From the NCBI GenBank assembly GCA_964461235.1, contig CAYWUV010000025.1, positions 3,901-67,900 on the forward strand: a stretch of 64,000 bases of DNA, written 5' to 3'. Source of the DNA: an uncultured Bryobacterales bacterium (GTDB lineage: Bacteria > Acidobacteriota > Terriglobia > Bryobacterales > UBA6623). Below the pieces are notes generated by a model. That model saw only the letters and a program-made list of their open reading frames with translations. It searched no databases and was not told the origin of the DNA. A program made the position numbers and the translations under genes. Positions 1-9,382 of this stretch are shown in pieces. Position 1 is the stretch's first letter. Every line of letters begins with the position of its first letter.

Positions 1-526
1 TCTCTGCAAGTCCCTTGAAGCGATCGCTGCTCCTGCAGAGAGTACAGGCAGTTGAGGGCGAGCATTCGGAGTCGAACCACGGTAACCAGCAGATGCTCGG
101 CTCTGTATCGAGCAGCTTCCGCTTGGGACTACCACGGCGCGCGGCTCACGTTCCTATTTGGTGGTAACGGCGCAACAGGCCCGTGTCCGTCTCGCCAGCC
201 TCCAGTACAAGAACCGCCGCAGCACCCGGCCGATGTCCTCGTAGGCCTCCTTCGACCCGCTATCAGCACAGATCCCTCGGTGATGCCCTCGAGAATCCCC
301 AGGGTGTCCTCCCGGGACCTGTAGGCCACCAGGTCGAGATGCAAAACCATCCTCCGATGGCTCCCACATCCCCCAGAGAGCCCGAGAGCCCTCTTCAGGC
401 TCATTTGTCGTTGGAAACAACCCCTCCCTTCAGCCTCGTCTCTTCATCGGAAGAGGCTCAGGGCATACAGGCGAAGTTTGGTAGGCTCAGCATTATGGGC
501 AAATGCCCGAGCAAGGAGTTTGAACG

Positions 527-1135
527 ATGCGCTTGTTTCGATTTCCGCTGATCGCGTCTGTACTGCTGGTTGTTGCCAGCGCAGCTCTCGCCCAGCGTCC
601 CGCCTCGCCGCGCGGAGAGGCCGCCATCCAGGTAGGTGGCGAATACGAGGACCGTAGCTATGTTGGCGGTAAGTGGATCACCGTCGATTACGGGCGGCCC
701 ATCCTGCGTGGGCGCACCGGGATCTTCGGCGAGGGAAGTGATTATGGCAAGGGTGCGAACGCCGGCGCTCCGGTCTGGAGGGCCGGAGCGAATAAGTCGA
801 CCCGCTTGATGACCGAGGTGGACCTCAAGTTCGGTGATCAGACGGTGCCAGCGGGCGAGTACAGCATGTTCGTCGACCTTAAGGAGGGAGACTGGACGCT
901 GATCCTGTCCACGCACGCGGCCAAGGATGGTTTCCGCGAGCCGGGAGAGGGCTTGTGGGGTGCGTACAACTACACGCCCGACAAGGATGTTCTGCGTGTC
1001 AGTATGGACGTCAGTAGCATGCCCGTCTCGTACGAGCAACTCACGATTTCGTTCGTTGACGTGACCGATGAGGGTGGCACCCTCGCCCTGATGTGGGAAA
1101 ACACTGCTGCAATGGTCAGCTTCTCGTTGCCTTGA
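527..1135 (+). CDS. Secreted DUF2911-family protein
   Basis: 202-aa ORF with N-terminal signal peptide (LLVVASAALAQ). Body matches DUF2911 as I remember it (VDYGRPILRGR, VWRAGANKSTRL, AGEYSMFV, WTLILS, LALMWENT). TGA stop. Confidence 0.7.
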   Translation: MRLFRFPLIASVLLVVASAALAQRPASPRGEAAIQVGGEYEDRSYVGGKWITVDYGRPILRGRTGIFGEGSDYGKGANAGAPVWRAGANKSTRLMTEVDLKFGDQTVPAGEYSMFVDLKEGDWTLILSTHAAKDGFREPGEGLWGAYNYTPDKDVLRVSMDVSSMPVSYEQLTISFVDVTDEGGTLALMWENTAAMVSFSLP

Positions 1136-1189
1136 CAACCAATGAGAGCCCGCTAGCGTCCCGGGTCAGGCGATGCGGGACATAAGCTG

Positions 1190-2648
1190 CTGAGCAATCG
1201 AACTTCATCATTCGTCGTCGCGGACAGGCGGCTTGAACCCGGGATTCGACCCGACTGGCAGCCCGGCATCCCGTGCCGAATGGCCGAAATAACAGGGAAT
1301 CCTCGCAGCGGCTGGCTTGACCGCGGATCCGGGCCGAGTTGGCCCGACGGCACCCTCGTGTAGAATCCCATATCATCTCAGCCGGGTCCCGGCCTGCAAT
1401 CCCTCTCGGGCGAGTCTGATGACCAGCACGCGACCGACGACCTGAGGCTGCTACGCCAACGGCCACGTCTGGCGTGACGCCATGCCGCAGGCCGTAACGT
1501 TGCCTCAGCACTTCGTGGAGCACGGCTACGAAGTCATCGGAGGGAGCAAGAGCTTTCGCAACACCCAGAACGAGGACGCTTCGTGGAACCACTACGGCAG
1601 CTCCCGCGGCCTTGTGAAGGCGCCCGATCCACCGCTGAACAGGCTGAACAGCGGCAATTTCCACTGGAATGGACTCGACGGCGACGACGAGGACACCTCC
1701 GATACCCAGCTCGCCAACTGGGCGACAGACTATCTCTCGAAGGACCATTCGAAATCGTTCTTCATGGCCTGCGGCTTCTATCGTCCGCATCTGCCGTTCT
1801 ACGCGCCTCAGCACTACTTCGAGAAGTTTCCCGAAGCTGTGATCGAGCTGCCGAGCTATCTCGAGAACGACCTCGATGACATCCCCGAATCAGCGATCAG
1901 CACATCGACGTCGGCCCGCAGCTTCCGGGACCACGACATTGTGACGTCCTCGGGCCAGTGGAGGCGCGCGGTCGCATCCTATCTCGCCTGCATCAACTTT
2001 GCTGATGCCAATGTCGGGCGCGTGCTGAAGGCGCTGGACGCGGGAATTCACGCGGACGACACCATCATCTCCCTGTGGAGCGACCACGGCTGGTAGTTCG
2101 GGGAGAAAAAGCACTGGCGCAAGTTCACCCTGTGGGAACGCGCCTGCCGCGTGCCGATGATCTTCGCAGGTCCCGGAGTCGAGGGGAAGGGTCAGTTCTG
2201 TGGCCGCACTGCGGAACTGCTCGACATCTACCCGACGCTGAGCGACCTGGCCGGCTGGCCAGAGCCCGAGGAACTCGACGGCGAAAGCCTGCGGCCCCTG
2301 CTCGAGAACCCCGATGCGGAGTGGGATCACCCGGCGATCACCTCGATGGCGCCCGACAGAAACTCCCTCCGCACGGAGCGGTGGCGATACACGAGCTACC
2401 CGGACGGCGAAGAACTCTACGATCACGACAACGACCCGAATGAATGGCACAACCTGGCGGGAGTCCCCGAATACGCCGAAACGAAGCAGCGGCTTGCGGC
2501 AATGCTTCCCCAAAGCCCCTCACGCAAGAACGTTATGCAATTCCGGGACCTGCCCGAGGACCGCCGCCGGCTTACCGACCTCCTGCCAGGTCGCTTCCAC
2601 GCCTCCGGCGCGGCGAACTACGTCCTGCTCGAGCCGGGGCCTGAATAG
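1190..2648 (+). pseudogene. S1 sulfatase (iduronate-2-sulfatase-like), disrupted
   Basis: One frame reads ..[71 protein letters not shown]... CxPSR lies at 1395-1409. In-frame TGA at 1443-1445 and TAG at 2094-2096. Upstream of about 1390 the homology continues only in other frames (FVVAD, AELARR). No start codon or signal peptide. Left boundary approximate. Confidence 0.8.
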
Positions 2649-2667
2649 CGCGACGGAACGGGCGAAG

Positions 2668-4158
2668 CTACTTGCCCTCGGCCGCCCATCGTTTCATCAG
2701 GGCGATGTTGCGGCTCAGGATGGTTGCCTGCTCAGCACTCGCGTTCTGGGAGTCGGAATACACGGCCATGTCACTGTCGTACATGGTGTCCGATTCTGCG
2801 CCGTGGTCGTTCGTTCGCTCTATCCATTCGTCCAGGCGCTTCCGCAGAGTCTTGAGTTGGGCTTGGTGCTTCGGGTCATCTGCCAGGTTGCGCACCTCGA
2901 AGGGGTCCACGGCCAAGTCATAGAGCTCCTCTTTGGGTCGACTGGGTGCGAACAGAAGCCCTTCTTGGGTTCGGTTCAACGTCCCGGCCGCGTGAGCCTT
3001 CCTTAAGGCCTTGAGAATATCCTTCCCATCCTTATAGCGATTGGGCTGAAGGTGAGGGCGATCAGGCAGGAAGTTGCGGATGTACTTGTAACGCTTTGTA
3101 CGTACCGCTCTCATGTGGTCGACTGTCTCATCACATCGGTCTCGTGCGGCAAAGATTGCCGTCCGCTCCTCGTAGTCCTTACTGAGGATGTCGCGGGACT
3201 GCATGTATCGGGGGATCTCAATCCCGGCAAGTCCCAACGAAAGGGCCGCGATATCGATGTGCTCGACCAGATCTTCGCGAACCTGCCCGGGTTCGATGGC
3301 GGGTCCAGCGATGACGAGCGGCACATGCAAACCCTCGTCGTAAAGGAACTGCTTCCCTCGGGCGTGGCTAATACCGTGGTCGGTCATGAACAGGACAACC
3401 GTGTCCTCGTAATCGCCTTCGTGCTTGAGTCGTTGGACGATATCGCCCACGAACTTGTCCGTGAGGCGGACAGAATCAAGGTAGGCGGCCCAATCCCTTC
3501 GAATCACCGGATCGTCTGGGTAGTACGGCGGGAGCTTCACTTCGGCGGGATCGGTCTTGCTCCCCAACAGCTTCTCGACGCGAGCGCTGATCGCATCGAA
3601 AGACTTGAGGGCCCCGCCCCGATGTTTCCCTCCGGGGAGGTGGATCTGGGCGAAGAAAGGCTGACCCGGTTCGCGTCGACTCCAGTCGGGACCGTCATAC
3701 ATGGCTCGGTCCCATTCGAAGTTGTAGTCCGTCTTCCCCGGGGAGGTTCGATCTCGATCCGGCCACCTGGTAATCGCCGTGTAGTAGCCTGCCTCTTGGA
3801 ACAGTTCCGGGACCGGCCGGATACCGTCCGGTAGATTGATCTTCAGCTCGCCTCGGCCGCTGCGGTGATGGTGAGCCCCGATGGATGTCTGGTACATCCC
3901 GGTGATAAACGCCGAACGATTGGGCGAGCAGACCGGGGCCGTGACATACGCATTGGTGAATCGAACCCCATTTCTCGCCAATCGATCGACATGCGGTGTC
4001 TCGATGAGCGTTTCGCCGTAGGTAGAGAAATTGGCCGACATATCGTCGACGATGATCCATAAGATGTTCGGCCTCGACGATTCGGCCCCATGAGCCGGGA
4101 GCTGGGAGAGAGCTCCCAGGCCAAGAACGAGAGCGGCAGTGAGTGGATGTAAATTCAT
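2668..4158 (-). CDS. S1 sulfatase (arylsulfatase family), secreted
   Basis: Intact ORF. Likely start is the ATG at 4158 (GGAGG about 8 nt upstream) giving signal peptide [24 protein letters not shown]. Motifs: ILWIIVDDM, FGly motif [34 protein letters not shown] stop. Confidence 0.9.
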   Translation of the reverse strand: MNLHPLTAALVLGLGALSQLPAHGAESSRPNILWIIVDDMSANFSTYGETLIETPHVDRLARNGVRFTNAYVTAPVCSPNRSAFITGMYQTSIGAHHHRSGRGELKINLPDGIRPVPELFQEAGYYTAITRWPDRDRTSPGKTDYNFEWDRAMYDGPDWSRREPGQPFFAQIHLPGGKHRGGALKSFDAISARVEKLLGSKTDPAEVKLPPYYPDDPVIRRDWAAYLDSVRLTDKFVGDIVQRLKHEGDYEDTVVLFMTDHGISHARGKQFLYDEGLHVPLVIAGPAIEPGQVREDLVEHIDIAALSLGLAGIEIPRYMQSRDILSKDYEERTAIFAARDRCDETVDHMRAVRTKRYKYIRNFLPDRPHLQPNRYKDGKDILKALRKAHAAGTLNRTQEGLLFAPSRPKEELYDLAVDPFEVRNLADDPKHQAQLKTLRKRLDEWIERTNDHGAESDTMYDSDMAVYSDSQNASAEQATILSRNIALMKRWAAEGK

Positions 4159-4315
4159 GGGCCGGAGGCCTCCATCTTCGGCCATTACGGCACGGACAGC
4201 ATAGCAAGCCAGCCGTACGCGGTTTGCTAGTTTCCCGATGGTGAATAGGGGACTCGCCGGAGGAACCGGGACGGTCGAACTACAATACCTTCGGCCCCGG
4301 AACCGAGGCAATTGC

Positions 4316-5677
4316 ATGACCCATCTACTTCGTCAAGCGACTAACTGGACTGTGTTGCTTGCTGCGATTGCCTGCGCGGCGTTGGCACCCCTGGCTTTCG
4401 GCGTCGAGCAACCGAACGTCGTGTTCGTCGTTTCCGACGACCACGACAACGAGCACTTGGGGTTCATGGGCAACCAGATCGTGCATACGCCTAATATCGA
4501 TCTGCTGGCTCGGTCCGGGACGGTGTTCACCCGCGCACACCTGCCGATGTCACGCTGTCATCCGACGCTAGCCAGCTTCTTGAGCGGACGCTGGCCTCAC
4601 CAAACGGGCGTCTACCACAACTTCGGAACGAAGAAGCTCGACCCGACGAACTCGCTGCCGAGGCTCCTGAGGGACGCCGGCTACGCGACGTATGTCGAGG
4701 GCAAGTACTGGGAAGGCGATCCGAGGGCGATGGGCTTCACGCACGGTAAAGGCAATACTGCGGACACGTTCGTGCGCGACGGACAGGCCGATCTATTCGA
4801 GTTCATTGACGACGTCGGCGGGCAAAAACCCATGTTCATCTGGTGGGCGCCGAAGATCCCGCACCGTCCGCATGATCCTACGCAGGAATACCTCGCGTAG
4901 TTCGACAGGGATCAGATCCCCGTGCCTGCGTGGATCGGCGAGGACCGTCGGGAATCGTTCCTCGAGAAAGAACACCTGAGCCTAGCGATGGAGGCGTGGC
5001 TGGACGACGGTATCGGCAAGCTCCAAGAGAAGCTGCGCGAAGAGGGCGTCTACGAAGACACCCTGTTCGTGTTCGTCATCGACAACGGCTGGTGCAACGG
5101 CCAGATTTCGAAGGGTTCGCCATTCGAGAAAGGCATCCGCACGCCGGTGATCTTCACCTAGCCCGCCAAGATCAAAGGGGGACAGCGATCCGATTATCTG
5201 ACCAGCACTCTGGACATCTACCCCACGATCCTGGATTATGCCGGAGTGAGGGCGCCAGCTTCCGCCGAGGGAAACAATTTACGGCCGATCATCGAAGGCG
5301 AAATGACCGAGAGCCGCAAGCGCCTGTTCGGGGTGATCTACCCGGCGTTTGTGACGGAGAACGACGAGCGGCCCGAGCGGGACATTTTCGCGCTTTATGT
5401 CCGGGATGAGCGATGGAAGTACATGTTGTTCTTGCAGGATGTCGTTGCCTCGCGGAACCAAGACTACTTCCGCATTCAGTCCATCGAAACTGACTATCCC
5501 ACGCGTCGAAACGGCGACGAAGACCTGTACGATCTCCAAGCCGATCCGAGAGAATTCACCAACCTGGCCGCGAAAGCCGGACTCGCCCATCCTTTGGCCG
5601 AGATGCGCACGGCCGTCCTGGCGTGGTGGACGCAAACCGGTGGCAAACCCATCGACGCGCTGGCAGAGAACGATTAA
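4316..5677 (+). pseudogene. S1 sulfatase interrupted by two in-frame TAG codons
   Basis: ORFs 4238-4900, 4922-5161 and 5246-5677 share one frame and read as a single sulfatase (signal peptide, VVFVVSDDHD, PMSRCHPTLASFLSG, VIDNGW..KGSPFEKGIRTPVIF, DLYDLQADPREFTNLA). Likely ATG at 4316 (GAGG 7 nt upstream). TAG at 4898-4900 and 5159-5161. No frameshift. Confidence 0.8.
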
Positions 5678-5886
5678 GGGGCCGGAGTCCTCTGGCTCTC
5701 CCTACACGTCCGACAGCCACCCAAGGGGACCAAGGGCTTTGCTGACGGAGCCTCTAGAGCAGTCGTGCTCGAGCCTGAAATTGGCCTCCATCAGCTATCG
5801 GTCACTTCGTAGTGAACGGCCCTAGCCTCGCAGTCTCCTCCCGGCGGCATGCTGCAGAAAAGGCGCCAGCGTCGGCCGAACGGGGA

Positions 5887-5904
5887 TTGCGAGCAGCCTC
5901 GCAA
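5887..5904 (-). terminator. Possible hairpin terminator after the NlpC/P60 gene
   Basis: Perfect 7-bp stem TTGCGAG/CTCGCAA with a 4-nt loop, 14 nt past the stop of the minus-strand gene. No U-tract, so weak. Confidence 0.25.
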
Positions 5905-5917
5905 CCAACGATTTGCT

Positions 5918-7273
5918 TTAGAATTCCGGCTGTTCGCCGACCAGAGTTAGCGAGCCGATTCGGCTCAGCAGGTCACCCCTGGTGCGAGACAACGCCTCGA
6001 GTTCCGTACCGGGCGAGAGGCTGGTGATCACGGACTTGCCAATGACGAAGCGGCCGGGACTCGATCCGTCAGCCGACTCCGTTCTCAAGCCCCAGATCGT
6101 GTGGAACGCTACCGGAGTGCCCTCGAAGACGCCCAGGTAGAGCATGACATGGCCGGGGAGGTTCAGCAGCGTCCGGAACGGAACGGCCTCGGCGAGTATG
6201 CGCTCTTCTTTCTGAGCTGTCGTGAGCTGTCCCATGTCCACTTTCTTGCCAGCCAGGGCCTGTTGCCCCGAATTGCGTGGCAGGGGCAGCCCGAACGGCA
6301 GAAGGACATCCAGGAGTGTCGAAGAGCAGTCCCGGTAGCCGCCCAGTCCTCCCCATCCGTAAGGCTGTCCGATGATCTCGTTGATCACCGCTGCGAGCCG
6401 CTTCCCGATAAACGGCAGCGGCACTCGAGCAATGTCTCCGGGACCGGGGACGACTCGCGTGATGGACGCACGTCGGTTCTCGTCGGCTATAGGAGCTAGC
6501 AGACGACTCTCGGGTTCAGTGCTGGCCTCAGCCGGCAGCAGCATTCCTACCCTGCCCTCGAACAGGAATCCGGCCCCGTCATCCCCGATCGGAATCCGGT
6601 CCCTGACGATTGCCACCAAGTCTCTGGAGCGGTACGTCGACACGAATTCGTCGTCGACATAGGCGAGGTCCCGACTGTCAATCCACCCACACGTGTAGGG
6701 CGTTTCGACCGCAACGAACCGGCCGTCCCTGGAGAGGTGCGAAACGAAGAGGGGCGTGCCGGCCCACACCGCCGAGTTCTGGTTGTAGTCGAATGGATAG
6801 CCCTCGCCGGCCCGACGGAAGTCGTAGTAGAAGGGGCCCCTTGAGGGCAATGCACGCAACGAGGAATTGCGAAGGGCGATTGCCCGCAAGGCTCGACTGG
6901 GATACGAGTCAAGCTGAGCATTCCCGATCACGGCTTCGAGAGCCGAGACAGAAACCTCCAGCAGGTTGGGGCCGAAAGTCGGTTGTTTCGTGAACGATGC
7001 CGCGGCCCAGCCGAACTCCTCTGGAGTACAGATTTCCGGCCGGTCCTGCTCCCAAGGCCCATACCAGTAGTCTTGGAGATTGCTATAGAGATCCTGGCCT
7101 GATTCGGGTACTGCGATGCCCCCTGACGGTATATGGGCCGTTGCGTCTTGCGGAATTCTCTCCAGATCTTCAAGAGGCCCCGTCGACACCAACGGGTTTT
7201 GATCGGGCGCGCAGCCGCCGACCCACATCAGGACTGCCAAGGCAACGCCAGCACGAGAAGTCAGCACTTGCAT
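5918..7273 (-). CDS. NlpC/P60 (C40) peptidoglycan endopeptidase lipoprotein with N-terminal SH3-like region
   Basis: Lipobox LMWVGGC. C-terminal C40 core GQPYGWGGLGGYRDCSSTLLDVL..HVMLYLG..HTIWG. The long N-terminal region resembles the SH3b-type domains of gamma-D-glutamyl-L-diamino-acid endopeptidases. Confidence 0.8.
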   Translation of the reverse strand: MQVLTSRAGVALAVLMWVGGCAPDQNPLVSTGPLEDLERIPQDATAHIPSGGIAVPESGQDLYSNLQDYWYGPWEQDRPEICTPEEFGWAAASFTKQPTFGPNLLEVSVSALEAVIGNAQLDSYPSRALRAIALRNSSLRALPSRGPFYYDFRRAGEGYPFDYNQNSAVWAGTPLFVSHLSRDGRFVAVETPYTCGWIDSRDLAYVDDEFVSTYRSRDLVAIVRDRIPIGDDGAGFLFEGRVGMLLPAEASTEPESRLLAPIADENRRASITRVVPGPGDIARVPLPFIGKRLAAVINEIIGQPYGWGGLGGYRDCSSTLLDVLLPFGLPLPRNSGQQALAGKKVDMGQLTTAQKEERILAEAVPFRTLLNLPGHVMLYLGVFEGTPVAFHTIWGLRTESADGSSPGRFVIGKSVITSLSPGTELEALSRTRGDLLSRIGSLTLVGEQPEF

Positions 7274-7472
7274 TCCTGGCCGATTCTACCCAGCGCCACC
7301 GCGCATCATGTCACACAGAGTCGTGCTGCCCGAAGTGTCCGATCGTATCGCCTTGACCGAGAACAGTTCGTAGCACCATGGGAGCCGATCTGCGGGGCAG
7401 GTCCCTGAATCCCGCAACGATCGTGGAGCGGATTCACTGCCGGGCACGGTACTTCGGGGCAGCATCGGCATG

Positions 7473-8654
7473 CTAGCGTCCGAACACGATCCGCTCGCTA
7501 CGGAACAGGCGGGCCGTGAGGACAAGAAACAAGATGCCTCCGAGTATCGAGACGATGGCAGGAATCGCGAACGTCAGAGGTGAAACGGCAGAGTCTTCAA
7601 AGATGTCCAGTACCGATACGTACTGGCCGAGTACCGGCACCCAGAGCTTCCAAGCTGCCTGTTCAGCAGCCGGATCGGACATCATCAGCATCGGCAGCAC
7701 GGGCAGAAGCATCAGAAACGAAACATAGGACTGAGCTTCCTTGTATGACCGTGCGAGGGTGGCGATAGCCATCTGCAGGGCCGTGACAAGGGGCACCAAG
7801 GGCAGAACGGCCAGAAGGAGGAGAGCGATTCCGGGCACACCGAGATCCGGCCGTATGCCCAGGCGATGCAGTGGGGCGATCTCCAAGCTCAATAGCAAGA
7901 GCCCACACGTCAGGACAACGCTGGCAACGGAAAAGGCAGCGGATGCGAGCCATTTCCCCCCTACGACAGACAGGTGGGAAACCGGCTTCGCAAGGAGAGG
8001 CTCGAGCGTCCGCCGCTCCCTTTCACCCGAAGTGGAATCGATGGCGATCTGCAGGCCCCCGATAAAGACGCCCATGATGAGCATGATCGGCATGATGATG
8101 AGGAACCGTGCGGCAAGCTCCTGGTCAGTCGCCATGTCGATGGTCTCGACATCCAACGGGCGAATGACCTCCGGACTCACGCCTCGAAGGAGCAGGCGTT
8201 GCGCCCCGATCATCTGGCCGTACTGCCGGAGCAGGCTTCGGACCCGTCCCGCGGCCCGGTCAGCATCCGAGTTCCGGCCATCGACCACGATTTCGAGTTC
8301 CGCTGTCTTGGACCGGCCGAACCGGTCGGCGAAGTCGTCGGGAATCACGAGGACCAAGCCCGTATCCCCGTCCCTGACGCTCTGGCGGTACTCACTCGGA
8401 CCGGGTTCGATTTCGACCCCCGACTGCTGTCCCAGCCAGTCGACCAACGGTTGTGCGTGCTCGGCCCCGACAACGGGGACTGTGATCTCCGGATCCGGCT
8501 CGATCCGGTCGGACGCTTCCTTGACCGAAAAGAAAACCGCTACGGGCAAGAAGATCAGCGGAACCAGTGCAGAGATGATCGAGCGACGGTCCCTGACGCC
8601 GTCCAGCAGTTCCTTCCGCAGGACGACTCCGAGCAAAGACACCCAAGAGGTCAC
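7473..8654 (-). CDS. ABC-2 type transporter permease (NatB-like)
   Basis: 393 aa. N-terminal TM, large extracytoplasmic loop, then 5 C-terminal TM segments. SGERERRTLEPLLAKPVS motif typical of NatB-type ABC-2 permeases. 4-nt overlap with the upstream ATPase. Confidence 0.8.
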   Translation of the reverse strand: MTSWVSLLGVVLRKELLDGVRDRRSIISALVPLIFLPVAVFFSVKEASDRIEPDPEITVPVVGAEHAQPLVDWLGQQSGVEIEPGPSEYRQSVRDGDTGLVLVIPDDFADRFGRSKTAELEIVVDGRNSDADRAAGRVRSLLRQYGQMIGAQRLLLRGVSPEVIRPLDVETIDMATDQELAARFLIIMPIMLIMGVFIGGLQIAIDSTSGERERRTLEPLLAKPVSHLSVVGGKWLASAAFSVASVVLTCGLLLLSLEIAPLHRLGIRPDLGVPGIALLLLAVLPLVPLVTALQMAIATLARSYKEAQSYVSFLMLLPVLPMLMMSDPAAEQAAWKLWVPVLGQYVSVLDIFEDSAVSPLTFAIPAIVSILGGILFLVLTARLFRSERIVFGR

Positions 8655-9382
8655 GCGTCCTCCTCGGTCCTTTGCGCCAGCGCGACAAACGCGTCTTCAA
8701 GGCTCTCGAGGCCGGTGGCGGCGCGCAACATGTCGGGCGTGCCTGCCCCGACCACCCGACCAGAGGCGATGATTACGATCGAGTCGCAGACGGCCGCAAC
8801 TTCCTGCATTACGTGGCTGGAAAAGACCACGCATTTGCCGTCGTCTCGCAGTCGGCGGATCATTTCCCGAACCGCTCTCGTGCTCATCACGTCAAGACCG
8901 TTGGTCGGCTCGTCAAGGATGACGTTTCGAGGTCCATGCGCCAAGGCCGAGGCCAACACCACCTTGGTCCTCTCGCCGTGGGAGAAACCCTCGCTCCGCC
9001 GGTCCGCAATGCTGTCCATGTCCAGCAAGTCGATCAACTCTGCACACCGCTCCTCCGCATCTGCAGCGGCCAGTCCATGCAGTCGAGCGAAATAGAGCAC
9101 CTGCTCTCTAGCTGTCAATCGCGGGTACACTCCACGTGTTTCCGAGAGCACGCCCAAACGCGCTTTCGCGGCCATCTGTTCGGAACCGACATCTACGCCA
9201 TCGACAAACACCTCGCCATTGTCGGGCTTGATCAGGCCGTAGATCGTTCGCAACGTCGTGGTCTTCCCCGCCCCGTTCGGACCCAGCAGCGCGGTGACCG
9301 CCCCGTCCTTGGCCTGGAACGATACATCGTCCACTGCAAGGATGTCCCCGAACCTCTTGGTGAGGTTGCGGACTTCGATCAT
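8651..9382 (-). CDS. ABC transporter ATP-binding protein (NatA-like)
   Basis: Walker A GPNGAGKTT, signature-like FSHGERTK, Walker B VILDEPTNGLD. Start and stop each overlap the neighbouring gene by 4 nt. Confidence 0.9.
   Translation of the reverse strand: MIEVRNLTKRFGDILAVDDVSFQAKDGAVTALLGPNGAGKTTTLRTIYGLIKPDNGEVFVDGVDVGSEQMAAKARLGVLSETRGVYPRLTAREQVLYFARLHGLAAADAEERCAELIDLLDMDSIADRRSEGFSHGERTKVVLASALAHGPRNVILDEPTNGLDVMSTRAVREMIRRLRDDGKCVVFSSHVMQEVAAVCDSIVIIASGRVVGAGTPDMLRAATGLESLEDAFVALAQRTEEDA

Noticed and set aside
1-526. Left edge. Overlapping small ORFs on both strands. Minus-strand pieces (MVLHLDLVAYRSREDTLGILEGITEG.. / ..SKEAYEDIGRVLRRFLYW..) vaguely recall a Phd/YefM-like antitoxin split over two frames.
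   Set aside because: No motif I can name with confidence. The similarity is too weak and needs two frames. Left unannotated.
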